Origin: Roseofilum casamattae BLCC-M143
GTDB lineage: Bacteria > Cyanobacteriota > Cyanobacteriia > Cyanobacteriales > Desertifilaceae
DNA length: 64,000 nt
Reading direction: 5' to 3'
NCBI RefSeq assembly: GCF_030068455.1
Contig: NZ_JAQOSQ010000020.1
Coordinates: forward strand, 1 to 64,000
Below are positions 36,866-47,581 of this stretch, in pieces. The notes under the pieces were generated by a model. The model was not told the DNA's origin, ran no database searches, and worked only from the letters and a program-made list of their open reading frames with translations. How positions within the stretch are numbered: position 1 is the first letter of the stretch; each line of letters opens with the position of its first letter. The translations under genes were made by a program, and so were the position numbers.

Positions 36866-38053
36866 TTAACGGGTGACGCGCAATAATAAAATTATTCCGA
36901 TTCCCAAAGCTGAGAACGTTGGCAACCATGCCGAGACCACGGGAGGAAGGACGCCACTTAATCCGAAGGCATCGCCGACGGACATGAGCAGATAATAGCT
37001 AAAGATAATCAAGACGCTTATGCCAAAACCGGTTGCTCGTCCGGCATTCCGTTGCGGACGAGTTCCCAATGCTGCTCCCATCAGGCCAAAGGCGATACAG
37101 GCAAATGGAATAGCAAAGCGTTGTTGAATGCGAATTTGGAGCTTGCGAATTTGTTTTCGATCGCCGCTAACTTCGATAATTTTTAAGTATTCTAGAGATT
37201 CAGCAATGTTCATTTCTTCGTAGTTCGTGCCTATCGAAGCGAGATCTAAGGGCGCGCGCGGGAGTTTCAGTTGTTGGCGATCGAATTTCACGATATTTTT
37301 AAACGAACCGGATTGATCGACCACATAGATCGTACCGTTAAAGAAATCCCAGGTATTTTCTTCCGCATTCCACTCGGCGGCTTCCGAGATCACGATCTGT
37401 TTGAATTGCGGTTGCGAGCGATCGAGAATGGTTAATCCTTTCATCGCTTTTCCATCAAAAAATTCCGCATAAAACAAGCGAGTCAAGACGCGAACTTTCT
37501 TGCCATCAGCGAGTTCTTTCCGCCGATATTCCGGATAGAAGATGTTCATCGCTTCTTGCAATGGTGCATCTTGTTTCAGCGCTCGATCTAAGGTCAGCGT
37601 AGCTTCTCGTTTCGCTGCTGGGACGACGAGTTCGTTAAACGTAAACGTAATTCCCGTCAGGATTAAGCTAAAGATGAGCGTGGGTAAAATCAGGCGATAA
37701 ATGCTCACTCCGGCGCTGCGCAGGGCAATGAGTTCGCTGTCGCTGGAGAGACGACTGTAGGCGATGATGCTGCCGAGCAAGAGAGCGGTGGGAATGGCGA
37801 AGGAGATAAAGTAGGGGAGTTGCAGGAAAAAGACTTTAATTGCGATCGCCACCGGTAAGCCGACTTCGCTAATTTTCCGCACCAGATCGAACACCGTTCC
37901 GATGGCAACTCCGACGGAGGTAAAGGCGCCCAGTCCGAACAGAAACGGAGCAATTAATTCTTGAATTAAATAGCGATCCATAACCGACATCATGGAAAAG
38001 CTGCGGTTGCGTTTGCGGGGTTTGGAGTCTCCCTGAGAAAGGCTAGAAGTCAT
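36866..38053 (-). CDS. LptF/LptG-family (YjgP/YjgQ) permease
   Basis: Six-TM topology with a central periplasmic domain. Adjacent to lptB on the same strand. Confidence 0.75.
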   Translation of the reverse strand: MTSSLSQGDSKPRKRNRSFSMMSVMDRYLIQELIAPFLFGLGAFTSVGVAIGTVFDLVRKISEVGLPVAIAIKVFFLQLPYFISFAIPTALLLGSIIAYSRLSSDSELIALRSAGVSIYRLILPTLIFSLILTGITFTFNELVVPAAKREATLTLDRALKQDAPLQEAMNIFYPEYRRKELADGKKVRVLTRLFYAEFFDGKAMKGLTILDRSQPQFKQIVISEAAEWNAEENTWDFFNGTIYVVDQSGSFKNIVKFDRQQLKLPRAPLDLASIGTNYEEMNIAESLEYLKIIEVSGDRKQIRKLQIRIQQRFAIPFACIAFGLMGAALGTRPQRNAGRATGFGISVLIIFSYYLLMSVGDAFGLSGVLPPVVSAWLPTFSALGIGIILLLRVTR

Positions 38054-38081
38054 AAAGGATGTGAGGAATAGAACGAAGGGC

Positions 38082-38837
38082 TTACCTTTGAAAGTTATCG
38101 CCTAAATAGTATTGCCGAACGAGTGCATCTTCATATAATTCTTCGGCGCTGCCCGATGCCAGAATCTCGCCATCTCGCATGATATAAGCTCGGTCGGTAA
38201 TGGCCAAGGTTTCGCGCACGTTATGATCGGTAATGACGATACCCAGTTGGCGATCGCGCAATGCGGCAACTAAGGTCTGAATTTCGGCAACGGCGATCGG
38301 ATCGACTCCAGCAAAGGGTTCGTCCAAAAAGAGAAATTTCGGCCCCTCCTTCCCAGCGGCTAAGACTCTGGCCAATTCCGTGCGCCGTCGTTCTCCTCCG
38401 GAGACTTGAATGCCCTTACTCTTGGCGACAGTTTCCAAGCGAAATTCTTCCAAAAGGCGATCGGTGCGCCAACCCCACTCGCGACGAGGAACATTGGTTT
38501 GCTCCAGAACTAATAAAATATTATCGCGCACGGTGAGATAGCGGAAAATACTCGGCTCTTGCGGCAGATAGCCGATGCCTAACTTAGCGCGTTCGGAAAT
38601 AGAGAGAGACGTAATATCGCGATCGCCCAACCATACTTTACCTTGCGTCGGTTTTTCCAATCCCGTTCCCATATAGAACGTGGTGGTTTTCCCCGCTCCA
38701 TTCGGTCCCAACAACCCCACAACTTCCCCTTGAGCGACGGAAAGATGCACGCGGTTAACCACCGTTCGCCGTCCGTAAGATTTTCCGACACTATCTAATA
38801 CCAGCTTCACAGTTCTTGCTCGTAACCATCGATTCAC
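38082..38837 (-). CDS. lptB: LPS export ABC transporter ATP-binding protein
   Basis: Walker A GLLGPNGAGKTT, signature VSGGERRRTELARVL, Walker B FLFLDEPFAGVD. About 240 aa. The true start may be slightly internal. Confidence 0.8.
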   Translation of the reverse strand: MNRWLRARTVKLVLDSVGKSYGRRTVVNRVHLSVAQGEVVGLLGPNGAGKTTTFYMGTGLEKPTQGKVWLGDRDITSLSISERAKLGIGYLPQEPSIFRYLTVRDNILLVLEQTNVPRREWGWRTDRLLEEFRLETVAKSKGIQVSGGERRRTELARVLAAGKEGPKFLFLDEPFAGVDPIAVAEIQTLVAALRDRQLGIVITDHNVRETLAITDRAYIMRDGEILASGSAEELYEDALVRQYYLGDNFQR

Positions 38838-38911
38838 TATAGCAGATAGGCCCGAGCCGCTGCTGTCCCAATTTTCGTTCGTGTTAGGATGAATGCGATC
38901 GCGCTCCAGTC

Positions 38912-39508
38912 TTGAAACCCATGGTTGCTCTTTCTGATTCTCAGTTTATCGGTCCCGAAGACTATCTCGAACTCGAAGCAAATAGCCTGGAGAAGCACGA
39001 ATACGTCGATGGCGAAATCTATGCAATGACGGGAACAACGGATGGCCATAATCAAATTGCTGGCAATCTCTATATCTCGATCCGCAGCCATTTACGCGGT
39101 AGCCGTTGTCGAGTTTATATGGCTGATGTGAAAGTGCAGATTGAAAAACGCAACCGGTTTTACTATCCGGATCTCATGGTAACCTGCGACGATCGCGATC
39201 GGGAAACCTCCCTCCATAAGTCCTTTCCCAAATTAATTATTGAAATTCTTTCTCCCAGTACGGAAGCTCGGGATAGAGGACGTAAATTTAGCGATTATAT
39301 TACTCTCGAAAGTCTGGAAGAATATGTTTTAGTGAATCCCAAAGAACAAAAAATTGAAATCTTTCGTCCCAGCGCCCAAGGCGGTTGGCATTTTCAAGAA
39401 TATTATCCCGAAGGCAAGACATTTCCCTTACAGAGTTTAGACCTAGACCTTGCCTTTACTGATGTTTATGAAGACATCGAATTTACCGACAAAATAAACA
39501 AAGCTTAA
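38912..39508 (+). CDS. Uma2-family (DUF820) restriction-endonuclease-like protein
   Basis: Classic Uma2 pattern: EYLELEANSLEKHEYVDGEIYAMTGTTDGHNQI...YYPDLMVTCDD...EILSPST. Confidence 0.75.
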   Translation: MKPMVALSDSQFIGPEDYLELEANSLEKHEYVDGEIYAMTGTTDGHNQIAGNLYISIRSHLRGSRCRVYMADVKVQIEKRNRFYYPDLMVTCDDRDRETSLHKSFPKLIIEILSPSTEARDRGRKFSDYITLESLEEYVLVNPKEQKIEIFRPSAQGGWHFQEYYPEGKTFPLQSLDLDLAFTDVYEDIEFTDKINKA

Positions 39509-39788
39509 ACACACATCAACACAATGTGCTATCGTATCTTTAGTATCAATTCTCTTCGCTACTCGTCATATAGTGTCTCTGACATAAGAGGAACGGCAAG
39601 AGTTAGAAAAACTGACGAAAATTGGTAAAAGCTCGATCGAATTCAACTTCAATATTTACTCACAATTACCCTGGGAGCTTATCCTCTGGTGCGAGTGAAC
39701 CGACAGACTTTTTCCCACAAACCGCTCATGTGGAGACAATGGCTTTTTTAGAGTATGATGTTGATTGATATGTTGTCAATAATTAAAC

Positions 39789-40262
39789 ATGCAAATTCAC
39801 AGTAGAGTTACGATCGCGATCGAATCGGAAATTGAAACGGTTTTTGATGCATCAATAGACTGCGAGACCCTGGCAAGGTGTTTTACTGGATATAAAGCGA
39901 TCGCGGCAGTAATAAATATCAAAACTGCCGATGGACTTCCTGTTCGTGAAGGAAGTACGCGCATTGTGGATAACAGTAATGGAATGTGCATTGAAGAGGT
40001 AATTCTCTCGCTAAAACGACCGAATTCCTATGAATATCAGTTGCTCAAAGGATTTAAGCCACCCTTTTCTTGGTTAATCCGAACGGCATCGGCAAAGTGG
40101 TCTTACGAAACTCTAGATACCAAAACCAAGGTTACATGGGATTATTATTTTGAGCCTCTGAATAGTTTGGCTTCTCTGGTTTTTCGTGCGCTAGTGCAAC
40201 GCCAATTTCAGCAAGCTCTAGAGATTTGTCTGCAAAACTTAAAGCAGTCTGTTGAGGAATAG
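39789..40262 (+). CDS. SRPBCC-superfamily (START/Bet v1/polyketide-cyclase-like) protein
   Basis: 157 aa. The opening segment MQIHSRVTIAIESEIETVFDASID is compatible with an SRPBCC fold. Confidence 0.4.
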   Translation: MQIHSRVTIAIESEIETVFDASIDCETLARCFTGYKAIAAVINIKTADGLPVREGSTRIVDNSNGMCIEEVILSLKRPNSYEYQLLKGFKPPFSWLIRTASAKWSYETLDTKTKVTWDYYFEPLNSLASLVFRALVQRQFQQALEICLQNLKQSVEE

Positions 40263-40351
40263 CGAGCCATTGGGGAGCAAACAAATAGCAGAATTATTCT
40301 GGAAACAATTTTGAATATTCCCGAATAATAAATGCTTGTTGTTTCCCTTTT

Positions 40352-40657
40352 CTATTCTGTAATGGCACGATCTATTTCTTCTCGGTTGAGTTCGTAATAG
40401 TTAACCGCAGCTTGGATATCTTGCAGCGTGATTCCTGGGTAATTGTACAGTAACTCGGAATCTGGTGCGCCTTGCTGTTGGTAAGCAATAATCGTCCAAA
40501 CGGGAATTCGGGTATCGCGAATTCTCGCTGCACCGCCACAAATTCCTGGCGTTTTGTGAATGGGATATTGAAGAGTTTGGACGAATTCTAGGGTTTTTTC
40601 AAGCAATTCATCCGGTAATGTTTCAATGGTTTGGAGGAGTTGTTCTTTGAGAGTCAT
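40352..40657 (-). CDS. DUF433-domain protein (antitoxin-like), apparently without a partner gene
   Basis: C-terminal GICGGAARIRDTRIPVWTIIAYQQQGAPDSELLYNYPGITLQDIQAAVNYY is DUF433-like. The likely start is MTLKEQ at 40657. Confidence 0.55.
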   Translation of the reverse strand: MTLKEQLLQTIETLPDELLEKTLEFVQTLQYPIHKTPGICGGAARIRDTRIPVWTIIAYQQQGAPDSELLYNYPGITLQDIQAAVNYYELNREEIDRAITE

Positions 40658-40732
40658 GGATGGAAGATAAAAGGAATAACAGAAGTGCGATCGCCTCATA
40701 TTGGCAGGCTTAGGTATATTGCCTGAAATTGT

Positions 40733-41704
40733 TCAGCAAAATTCCTCAATAATCAAAGATATGCTGTTGGAAATTAATTTATAGCTTTCGTGAATATATC
40801 CACCACTTAACACCATAACACAAGGTATATTGGCGTCGGACAGCATTTTGAAGATCAGGCGATCGCGCTCCAAAATTCCTTGTTCTGAAATGCTTAAGTT
40901 TCCTAATGGATCGTTACAGTAAATATCAGTTCCTGCGTTGTAAAAGGCAATTTTGGGGGTGTTTATCTCTGCGATCGCGCGAACCAGGTGTTCTTGTAAC
41001 GTATTCAAATAAAAATTGTCTTCAGTCCTAGATGGCAAAGGGATATCGTAATTAATTCGCTTTTGTGCTACTCGATCTTGAGGGTAGATATTTTGATTGT
41101 ACATATCTAGTATATAGATATTCGGATCGTCGTAAAAAATTCTCTCAAGACCATTACCCTGATGGGCATCGAGATCGATAATTAACACGTTATTGCCTTC
41201 GCCAATTAGTTTATCTTGGATGAGCTTCCGAATGGCTATTCCAATATCCGAGTAAAGACAAAATCCTTCTCCTGCATCTTGGCTAGCATGATGATACCCC
41301 CCAGACAAATTAACCGCGAGTCCATTTTCCAATGCATATTTTGCAGCAGTAATGGTTCCCATTGTTGCCAAACGCATTGGTTTGAGAATAGAGCGATCGA
41401 TTAACTGGTAAGGTAGTAATTTTAAAGGCGAAAGCTCTAACGCTTGTGCCAGATAAGTAGAACTTCTTAACGAGTTCAATAGGTAATTGCGATCGTGGAC
41501 TAAGGATAATTCATCAATGGAAGCTTCTCGACTGGGAGAAATTGAGAGAGAATCAATTTTTGAGCCAAATCTATTCTTGAGTTCCTTCCAAGCTTTACTG
41601 TATTTACAACCATCAAAAGGATGTAAATTTTCTAAACCCAAGAATTTGAGATCGTAATTGGGAGAAAAAATTAGCTTGGGCTGATAGTTCCGATCGCTTA
41701 ACAT
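40733..41704 (-). CDS. histone-deacetylase-superfamily protein (acetoin-utilisation AcuC / deacetylase-like)
   Basis: HDAC core motifs [23 protein letters not shown] and DLDAHQGNG. The start overlaps purQ by 7 bp. Confidence 0.75.
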   Translation of the reverse strand: MLSDRNYQPKLIFSPNYDLKFLGLENLHPFDGCKYSKAWKELKNRFGSKIDSLSISPSREASIDELSLVHDRNYLLNSLRSSTYLAQALELSPLKLLPYQLIDRSILKPMRLATMGTITAAKYALENGLAVNLSGGYHHASQDAGEGFCLYSDIGIAIRKLIQDKLIGEGNNVLIIDLDAHQGNGLERIFYDDPNIYILDMYNQNIYPQDRVAQKRINYDIPLPSRTEDNFYLNTLQEHLVRAIAEINTPKIAFYNAGTDIYCNDPLGNLSISEQGILERDRLIFKMLSDANIPCVMVLSGGYIHESYKLISNSISLIIEEFC

Positions 41705-42366
41705 AAATTAGCAGTTAGCATTCCTTTAAATAACGCTAAACCATCCGTTCCTCCCAACATCGGGTCGCTGGCTCTTTCCGGATGGGGCATCATTCCCATC
41801 ACGTTTCTTTGACGATTACAAATTCCAGCAATATTATCTAAAGAACCGTTGGGATTTTCGCCGGCATAGCGGAACAGAACTTGCTGGTTGGCGCGCAACT
41901 CAGCTAAGGTTTTCTCATTCGCTTGATAGCGACCTTCCCCATGAGCAATGGGTATGGTGATGTGCTGTTTTTCTGCATACAGATGGGTAAATGCAGTCTG
42001 ATTATTGGCTACTTCTAAGGGTTGGCGATCGCAAATAAAATGCAATCCTTCATTTCGCGTTAAAGCTCCGGGCAATAATCCCACTTCAGTTAACACTTGA
42101 AATCCATTACAAATGCCCAATACAGGTTTGCCCAGATTAGCATGTTCGACGATCGCGGCCATAATTGGAGAAAACCGCGCGATCGCGCCGCAGCGCAAAT
42201 AATCGCCATAGCTAAATCCTCCAGGCAACACCACCACATCCACATCATCTAATGTAGTTTCTTGATGCCAAATTAATCGAGTCGGACAATTGAGCACATC
42301 GCGCAGCACGTAAACCATATCGCGATCGCAATTAGAACCGGGAAAGACAATAACTCCAAACTGCAT
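41698..42366 (-). CDS. purQ: phosphoribosylformylglycinamidine synthase, glutaminase subunit
   Basis: [17 protein letters not shown]..., class-I glutamine amidotransferase with a catalytic Cys (GICNGFQVL). Confidence 0.9.
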   Translation of the reverse strand: MQFGVIVFPGSNCDRDMVYVLRDVLNCPTRLIWHQETTLDDVDVVVLPGGFSYGDYLRCGAIARFSPIMAAIVEHANLGKPVLGICNGFQVLTEVGLLPGALTRNEGLHFICDRQPLEVANNQTAFTHLYAEKQHITIPIAHGEGRYQANEKTLAELRANQQVLFRYAGENPNGSLDNIAGICNRQRNVMGMMPHPERASDPMLGGTDGLALFKGMLTANLC

Positions 42367-42378
42367 CGTAGCTTTCTC

Positions 42379-42636
42379 CTATTCAGGTATTAAATCGAAG
42401 CGATAATTTTCAATAACTGGATTGGCTAATAATTGGTCGCACATCCGATCTAACTGCTCTTGCGCCTCTTCTTCTCCCTCGGCGTTTAAGGTTAGATCGA
42501 TGTATTTACCAATTCTGACTCCGGCGACGGTTTCATATCCTAATTGTTTTAATCCCGACTCGACGGCAACCCCAGCCGGATCGAGAACGGAGGGACGCAA
42601 GGTGACAAAAATTTGAGCGCGATAGGTTTGAGCCAC
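42379..42636 (-). CDS. purS: phosphoribosylformylglycinamidine synthase subunit PurS
   Basis: 85 aa. Typical PurS length and sequence (VTLRPSVLDPAG...), immediately upstream of purQ. Confidence 0.85.
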   Translation of the reverse strand: MAQTYRAQIFVTLRPSVLDPAGVAVESGLKQLGYETVAGVRIGKYIDLTLNAEGEEEAQEQLDRMCDQLLANPVIENYRFDLIPE

Positions 42637-42722
42637 AATGTACCTGATGATTTCACGAGCGATACTACCTTATAGGGTACACTGCTTGCGATCGCAAAGA
42701 AACTCTGATACGTTGGAGAAAC

Positions 42723-45700
42723 TTAAAGCAGAGGTTGAATCGGAAGCTCGAAGACAAAGCAACTGCCCACCCCCACCTCACTGGTTACAGAAACTTGTCC
42801 GCCATGGAGTTCGACAATCCGTTTTACCAGAGCTAAACCGAGGCCGGTACCGTCATGTTGTCGATTGAGATCGCTGTCCACCTGAATAAAGGGCTGAAAT
42901 AGTTTTTTGAGATCCTCTGGAGCAATACCAATACCCGTATCCGTAACCGTAAAACGCAAAGTATTTTGGTTGCGCGTTTCGTCTAGCGGTAATGGCATGA
43001 CTTCCAGAACAATCTGTCCTCCTTCGGGAGTAAATTTGACCGCATTGTTCAATAAGTTGATTAAAACCTGACGAATCCGCCGTTCGTCAATGGTAATCTC
43101 CGGTAAGTTTGTGGGAATTTTCCGATGCAGTCGGATGCCTTTTTTCCCTGCCTGTTGCTTGACAAAGACCAAGCTAGATTCGCACATTGAATTGACAGCA
43201 ACAGAGGAATATTCCAGCTCGATTTGCCCTGACTCAATTTTAGCCAAGTTCAGAATATCATCAATCAGGGCGAGCAGGTGCAATCCGCTCTGTTCGATGG
43301 TTTCAAGAGCCATCAGGTTCTCCTCATCAACCCCGCCGAACACGCCCTCTTGCAGTCCCTCGGCCATGCCTAAAATGGCGGTCAGAGGAGTTCGCAATTC
43401 GTGACTCATATTGGCGAGAAACTCATCTTTCAAACGAGTAGCGCGGGCGAGTTCTTGATTGATTCGCTGGAGTTCTTTTTCCGTTTCTTTACGCTCGTTG
43501 ATGTCGGTAACTGTCCCCACATAGCCCGTAACATTTCCTTCAATATCTCGTTCGGCTACCGACTGTCCGTATACCCAGGTCACCCGATCGTCAGGACTTT
43601 TAAACCGATATTCCAGAGAAAAAGGCCGATTGTCTCGGGCAGATTCATACCATTCAGCGCCAATCCGATCGCGATCGTCCGGGTGCAATCCTTGTTGCCA
43701 TCCTTCTCCAGAGGCATCTTCTGGGGTGAGGCCCGCTATCTGACACCAGCGCTCGTTGACATAAACGCAAGATCCAACCGCATTGGTACGGAAAATGCCC
43801 ACCGGTGCGGCAGCAGTGAGGGTGGCGTAGCGTTGTTCGCTGGCTCGGAGTTTCTCTTCTGCTGCTTTGCGATCGCGAATATCTCGCATGATGGTTGAAA
43901 AGCACTCGACCTCACCCAATTCGGATTTGTGCGCAATAATTACCTGGGAAACGGGGATTTCATCGCCTTTTCCATCCAGCAGCGCCAGTTCTCCCGACCA
44001 ACTCCCCCGTTCGATCGCAGTAGGTAATGCTTCATCGACAATAATTTGATTGACCCATTCGGGATGACAGTCAGAAATTAAATTATGGTCGTTGGAGCTG
44101 GCTAAATCGGCGCGAATGTCTCTGAGACACTTGTTATGCCAGAGAATTTCACCTTTAGCACTGGCCACTCCGATAAAATCAGGGGTGGCTTCGAGCACTG
44201 CAATGAGTCGTGCTTGTTCCTGTTCCAGTTGTTTGCGATCGCTAATATCTCGGCCAACACAAATTATCCGATTGTCCGGCAGTAAAGTCAGCGATAGTTC
44301 CTGAACGAACTGACTGCCATCTTTGCGCTTTGCCAAGGTTTCACCCTGCCAGATGCGTTTTCGAGGCAGTTGAGGAAAAACTTCTTGTTCAAACCACTCG
44401 ATTTCAGAACGATGGTACAGCTCTCGCCAGGTTTTACCGAGCAATTCATCCATGCATTCGTAGCCGAAAATCTGGAGGTGGGAGCGATTGAGATAGGTGT
44501 ATTCTCCTCGGGCATTGGTAATGGCTATGCCTTCTGTGGATGCTTCGATGGCCGTTAATTGCTGGTGCAAAATCTCCTCATTGTGCTTGCGATCGCTGAT
44601 ATCTCGCACTCCAACGACAAAAGCTTGGCGGTTTCCCAACGTGACTTTCCGTAAGGAAACCTCAGAATCAAACGTCGAATTGTCGTTCAATCGTCGATGT
44701 TTCCATTCAAACTGCAATTTTTGGCCGGCGAGGGCTTGGTTCATGAGTTCGGGAAGGCGATCCAAAGGAGAATCAAGAGCAGATAGATCGGCAATTGTTG
44801 CTGCTAGAATTTGCCCTCGCGTTGCTCCAAACAGTTCCAGAGCGCGATTGTTGAGATCGATAATATTGCCATCCAAATCATGAATAAAAATACCATCATA
44901 AACATTATTGAAGATGGTACGTAAATCTCGTTCGGAGCGCACGATTTCTCGGGTGCGTTCTTCCACTCGTCCTTCCAATGCTTGATTCAATCGTTCCAAG
45001 GCGGCAACATTATTGAAGATAGTGCGTAGATTTCGTTCGGAGCGCATGAGTTCTCGGCTGCGCTCTTCCACTCGCTGTTCCAAGTCTTGATTCAACTGTT
45101 CCAAGGCAGCTTGTGCCCGTTGGCGCTCCAGTTCGGCAGCCGCACGAGCGCCAAATACCCGCAGGATTTGTTCCGATCGCTCGGGGTTGAGCAAGGGTTC
45201 GCGGGAAAAGATACAAAGGGTGCCAATCTGGCGACCTTGGCTATCTTGCAAGGCAACCCCCATATAACTTTCGACTCCCATCACTGCCAGTCTCGGATTT
45301 TGCGGAAAGCAAGCTACCACATCGCGATCGCAGTGGTATTTACCTTCTCGAAGCGCGATCGCGCAGGTGGTTCCCGCAATATCGACGGTATCATTGGGCA
45401 GATATTCGCCATCAGCCCAAGCCGCCAAAAAGTGCAAGCGATCGCCCGGAACGACTTCAGTAACAAAGGCGTGGGAGGCATTGAGCGCTTCTGCAATATG
45501 ACAGACGAGAGCTGGGAAAAAGTCGGGGCCGGTTAGCGCTGCCGTCCCTGCAATCAAGTTTTGCAAGGCATTCTCGGCTCGTTGGCGCTCCAGTTCGGCA
45601 GATGCTCGGGCAGCAAATACCCGCAAGATTTGCTCGGCATGTATGGGATCGACGAGAATCTGACGGTGGAAAATGCACAGCAATCCCATGGCTTTACCTT

Positions 45701-47531
45701 GGCGATCGTACAGAGCCACGCCCAGATAGCTCTTTGCCTCTATTTTCGCCAGTTCCGAACAGGTCTGGCATGGCTCTAACTCGCAGTAATAGCTTCCGTG
45801 CTGGTAGACCTCCTCGCAGGGCGTACCGAGCAGGGATAGGGATTGACAGGGAATTGGTTGACCATCGCCATAATAGGCGAGAGTCGTTTCTCGATCGCCC
45901 ACTCGTTCCGCCATCAGGGCATGGGATACTCCTAGAGCTTCGGTGAGATAGCGCACCAGGCTCGGGAAAAAGTCCGTACCTTCAGTCACGGCAGTCCCGG
46001 AAATCAGGTTTTGCATGGCGGTTTCCAGGCGCTGGCGTTCCATTTCTATGGCGGTGCGGCTGGCGCAGATTTCGAGAATCTGTTTGGCTCGTTCTGGATC
46101 GGTTAGAGGTTGGCGATCGAAGATACACAAACTGCCCAGTACTTGCCCTTGGCGATCGCGCAACGCTATTCCCAGATAGCTTTCCACTCCTCGTTCTCGA
46201 TTGGGATTGTTGGGAAAGCGATCGCTAATCCCTTGAGGACAATAGTAGGAGTATTCGGTTACCAGTTCGATACAGGGGGTTTCCGGTAAATTATAGGTGA
46301 AATTGGGTTGAAATTTGCCATCAAGGATAAAGGCAATACTTTGCAGTTCTTCGCCGATGAATTGAGTTATCAAGGCAATGGGAACCTCAAGCGCAGTACT
46401 GACGTGACTCACTAGAGTTGAAAAAAAATCCTCGCCGGTTGTCGCGGCAGTTCCTTCCACCAATTTGTTCAGAGCTGCTTCGGCTGTCTTGCGATCGGTG
46501 ATGTCTGTTAAGCTGCCGATATAACCGGTTAAGTTGCCTTCCGGGTCGCACTCTTCCACTGCTTGCACGCTCAACCAAACCACTTTACCGTCGCGATGCA
46601 GAAAGCGACAGTCGGTTTGATAGGGCATCTGTTGGTCTTGTGCGGCTCGATACCATTCTTGGAACACGCGATCGCGATCGTCGGGATGGAGGGTCTGAGA
46701 CCATCCTTCTCCCAAGGCTTCTGCTGGCGTTAAACCCAGCATCTGGCAGCAACTGGGATTGTTATAGCGACTGTGACCTTGGAGGTCGGTGAGAAAGATA
46801 CCCGTTGGCAACGTTTCCACAAGGGTCGCGTAGCGTTGTTGGCTTACGTGCAATTTTTGTTCGACTAGTTTGCACTCGTTCAGATCCCCAGTCAAGCAGT
46901 GCGAATCTGAGAGTTCTCTTCCTTGTTCCAAGCTATGGTAAAGTCTCGCGTTTTCCAGGGAGATTGCCGCTTGGGTGCAAAGGAAGTTGAGAATGAGGAT
47001 GCGATCGCCGTTGAAGGCTCCTGGAGTCGAGTCATTGCTGACATACAAGATTCCTGCTAACTGCCCTTGATGCCGCAATGGCAAGCAGAGGAGGCTTTGC
47101 GGTTGTTGCTGGAGCAGGTAAGGATCGACGACGGGCAAATTGGTCTGGCTGTTGTCCGTTGCGAAGACTTCGCAAGTCTCCCGCACGTGTTGAATCAAGG
47201 CGATCGGTAGGTTGGTACAATCTTTGAGGGGAATGGAGCAATGCTCAATCTGTTCGGCAGTGGCGATCGCTTCTACATGCCACTCCTCGCGATCGTCCGG
47301 CAGCATGAGAGCGCACCGATTTCCCCCTGAATGCTGCAAAATCATCCGGACGAGCTGGCGCAGTAACTCATCGAATTGAATGGTTTCGGAAATGGCTTGA
47401 AAGGCTGTGAGGATACTGGCAATATCCAACTGAGATATTTGGGCTTTGGTTTCCTGTCCGTAGAGCTGTTCGGGGAGATCGGTCGCAATTTGGCTCATTT
47501 TGAGAATTTCTAGATTCAGGGGATCTAGCAT
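42723..47531 (-). CDS. giant multi-sensor hybrid-type histidine kinase (about 1600 aa) with multiple GAF and PAS domains, HisKA and HATPase
   Basis: H-box MSHELRTPLTAILG. ATPase N/G boxes NLLNNAVKFT...GTGLGLALV. At least three paralogous GAF modules (LVEGTAATTGEDFF.., LISGTAVTEGTDFF.., LIAGTAALTGPDFF..). Several PAS modules and a duplicated coiled-coil linker. The ATG at 47531 is preferred over the TTG at 47576. Confidence 0.85.
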   Translation of the reverse strand: MLDPLNLEILKMSQIATDLPEQLYGQETKAQISQLDIASILTAFQAISETIQFDELLRQLVRMILQHSGGNRCALMLPDDREEWHVEAIATAEQIEHCSIPLKDCTNLPIALIQHVRETCEVFATDNSQTNLPVVDPYLLQQQPQSLLCLPLRHQGQLAGILYVSNDSTPGAFNGDRILILNFLCTQAAISLENARLYHSLEQGRELSDSHCLTGDLNECKLVEQKLHVSQQRYATLVETLPTGIFLTDLQGHSRYNNPSCCQMLGLTPAEALGEGWSQTLHPDDRDRVFQEWYRAAQDQQMPYQTDCRFLHRDGKVVWLSVQAVEECDPEGNLTGYIGSLTDITDRKTAEAALNKLVEGTAATTGEDFFSTLVSHVSTALEVPIALITQFIGEELQSIAFILDGKFQPNFTYNLPETPCIELVTEYSYYCPQGISDRFPNNPNRERGVESYLGIALRDRQGQVLGSLCIFDRQPLTDPERAKQILEICASRTAIEMERQRLETAMQNLISGTAVTEGTDFFPSLVRYLTEALGVSHALMAERVGDRETTLAYYGDGQPIPCQSLSLLGTPCEEVYQHGSYYCELEPCQTCSELAKIEAKSYLGVALYDRQGKAMGLLCIFHRQILVDPIHAEQILRVFAARASAELERQRAENALQNLIAGTAALTGPDFFPALVCHIAEALNASHAFVTEVVPGDRLHFLAAWADGEYLPNDTVDIAGTTCAIALREGKYHCDRDVVACFPQNPRLAVMGVESYMGVALQDSQGRQIGTLCIFSREPLLNPERSEQILRVFGARAAAELERQRAQAALEQLNQDLEQRVEERSRELMRSERNLRTIFNNVAALERLNQALEGRVEERTREIVRSERDLRTIFNNVYDGIFIHDLDGNIIDLNNRALELFGATRGQILAATIADLSALDSPLDRLPELMNQALAGQKLQFEWKHRRLNDNSTFDSEVSLRKVTLGNRQAFVVGVRDISDRKHNEEILHQQLTAIEASTEGIAITNARGEYTYLNRSHLQIFGYECMDELLGKTWRELYHRSEIEWFEQEVFPQLPRKRIWQGETLAKRKDGSQFVQELSLTLLPDNRIICVGRDISDRKQLEQEQARLIAVLEATPDFIGVASAKGEILWHNKCLRDIRADLASSNDHNLISDCHPEWVNQIIVDEALPTAIERGSWSGELALLDGKGDEIPVSQVIIAHKSELGEVECFSTIMRDIRDRKAAEEKLRASEQRYATLTAAAPVGIFRTNAVGSCVYVNERWCQIAGLTPEDASGEGWQQGLHPDDRDRIGAEWYESARDNRPFSLEYRFKSPDDRVTWVYGQSVAERDIEGNVTGYVGTVTDINERKETEKELQRINQELARATRLKDEFLANMSHELRTPLTAILGMAEGLQEGVFGGVDEENLMALETIEQSGLHLLALIDDILNLAKIESGQIELEYSSVAVNSMCESSLVFVKQQAGKKGIRLHRKIPTNLPEITIDERRIRQVLINLLNNAVKFTPEGGQIVLEVMPLPLDETRNQNTLRFTVTDTGIGIAPEDLKKLFQPFIQVDSDLNRQHDGTGLGLALVKRIVELHGGQVSVTSEVGVGSCFVFELPIQPLL

Positions 47532-47581
47532 CCTGAAAAGTTTTTTTCTAATTGTAACTAACTTATCATTTACCAATCGCT

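Noticed and set aside
38837-39091. 84-aa minus-strand ORF overlapping the start of the Uma2 gene
   Set aside because: It is antisense to a well-matched Uma2 N-terminus, with no motif.
43090-46990. More than a dozen 60-165-aa ORFs in other frames across the giant kinase gene
   Set aside because: They are all nested inside one continuous 1600-aa frame with clear HisKA/HATPase and GAF/PAS homology. The paralogous-looking pairs, such as 45010-45216 and 45457-45678, simply reflect the intragenic DNA repeats.
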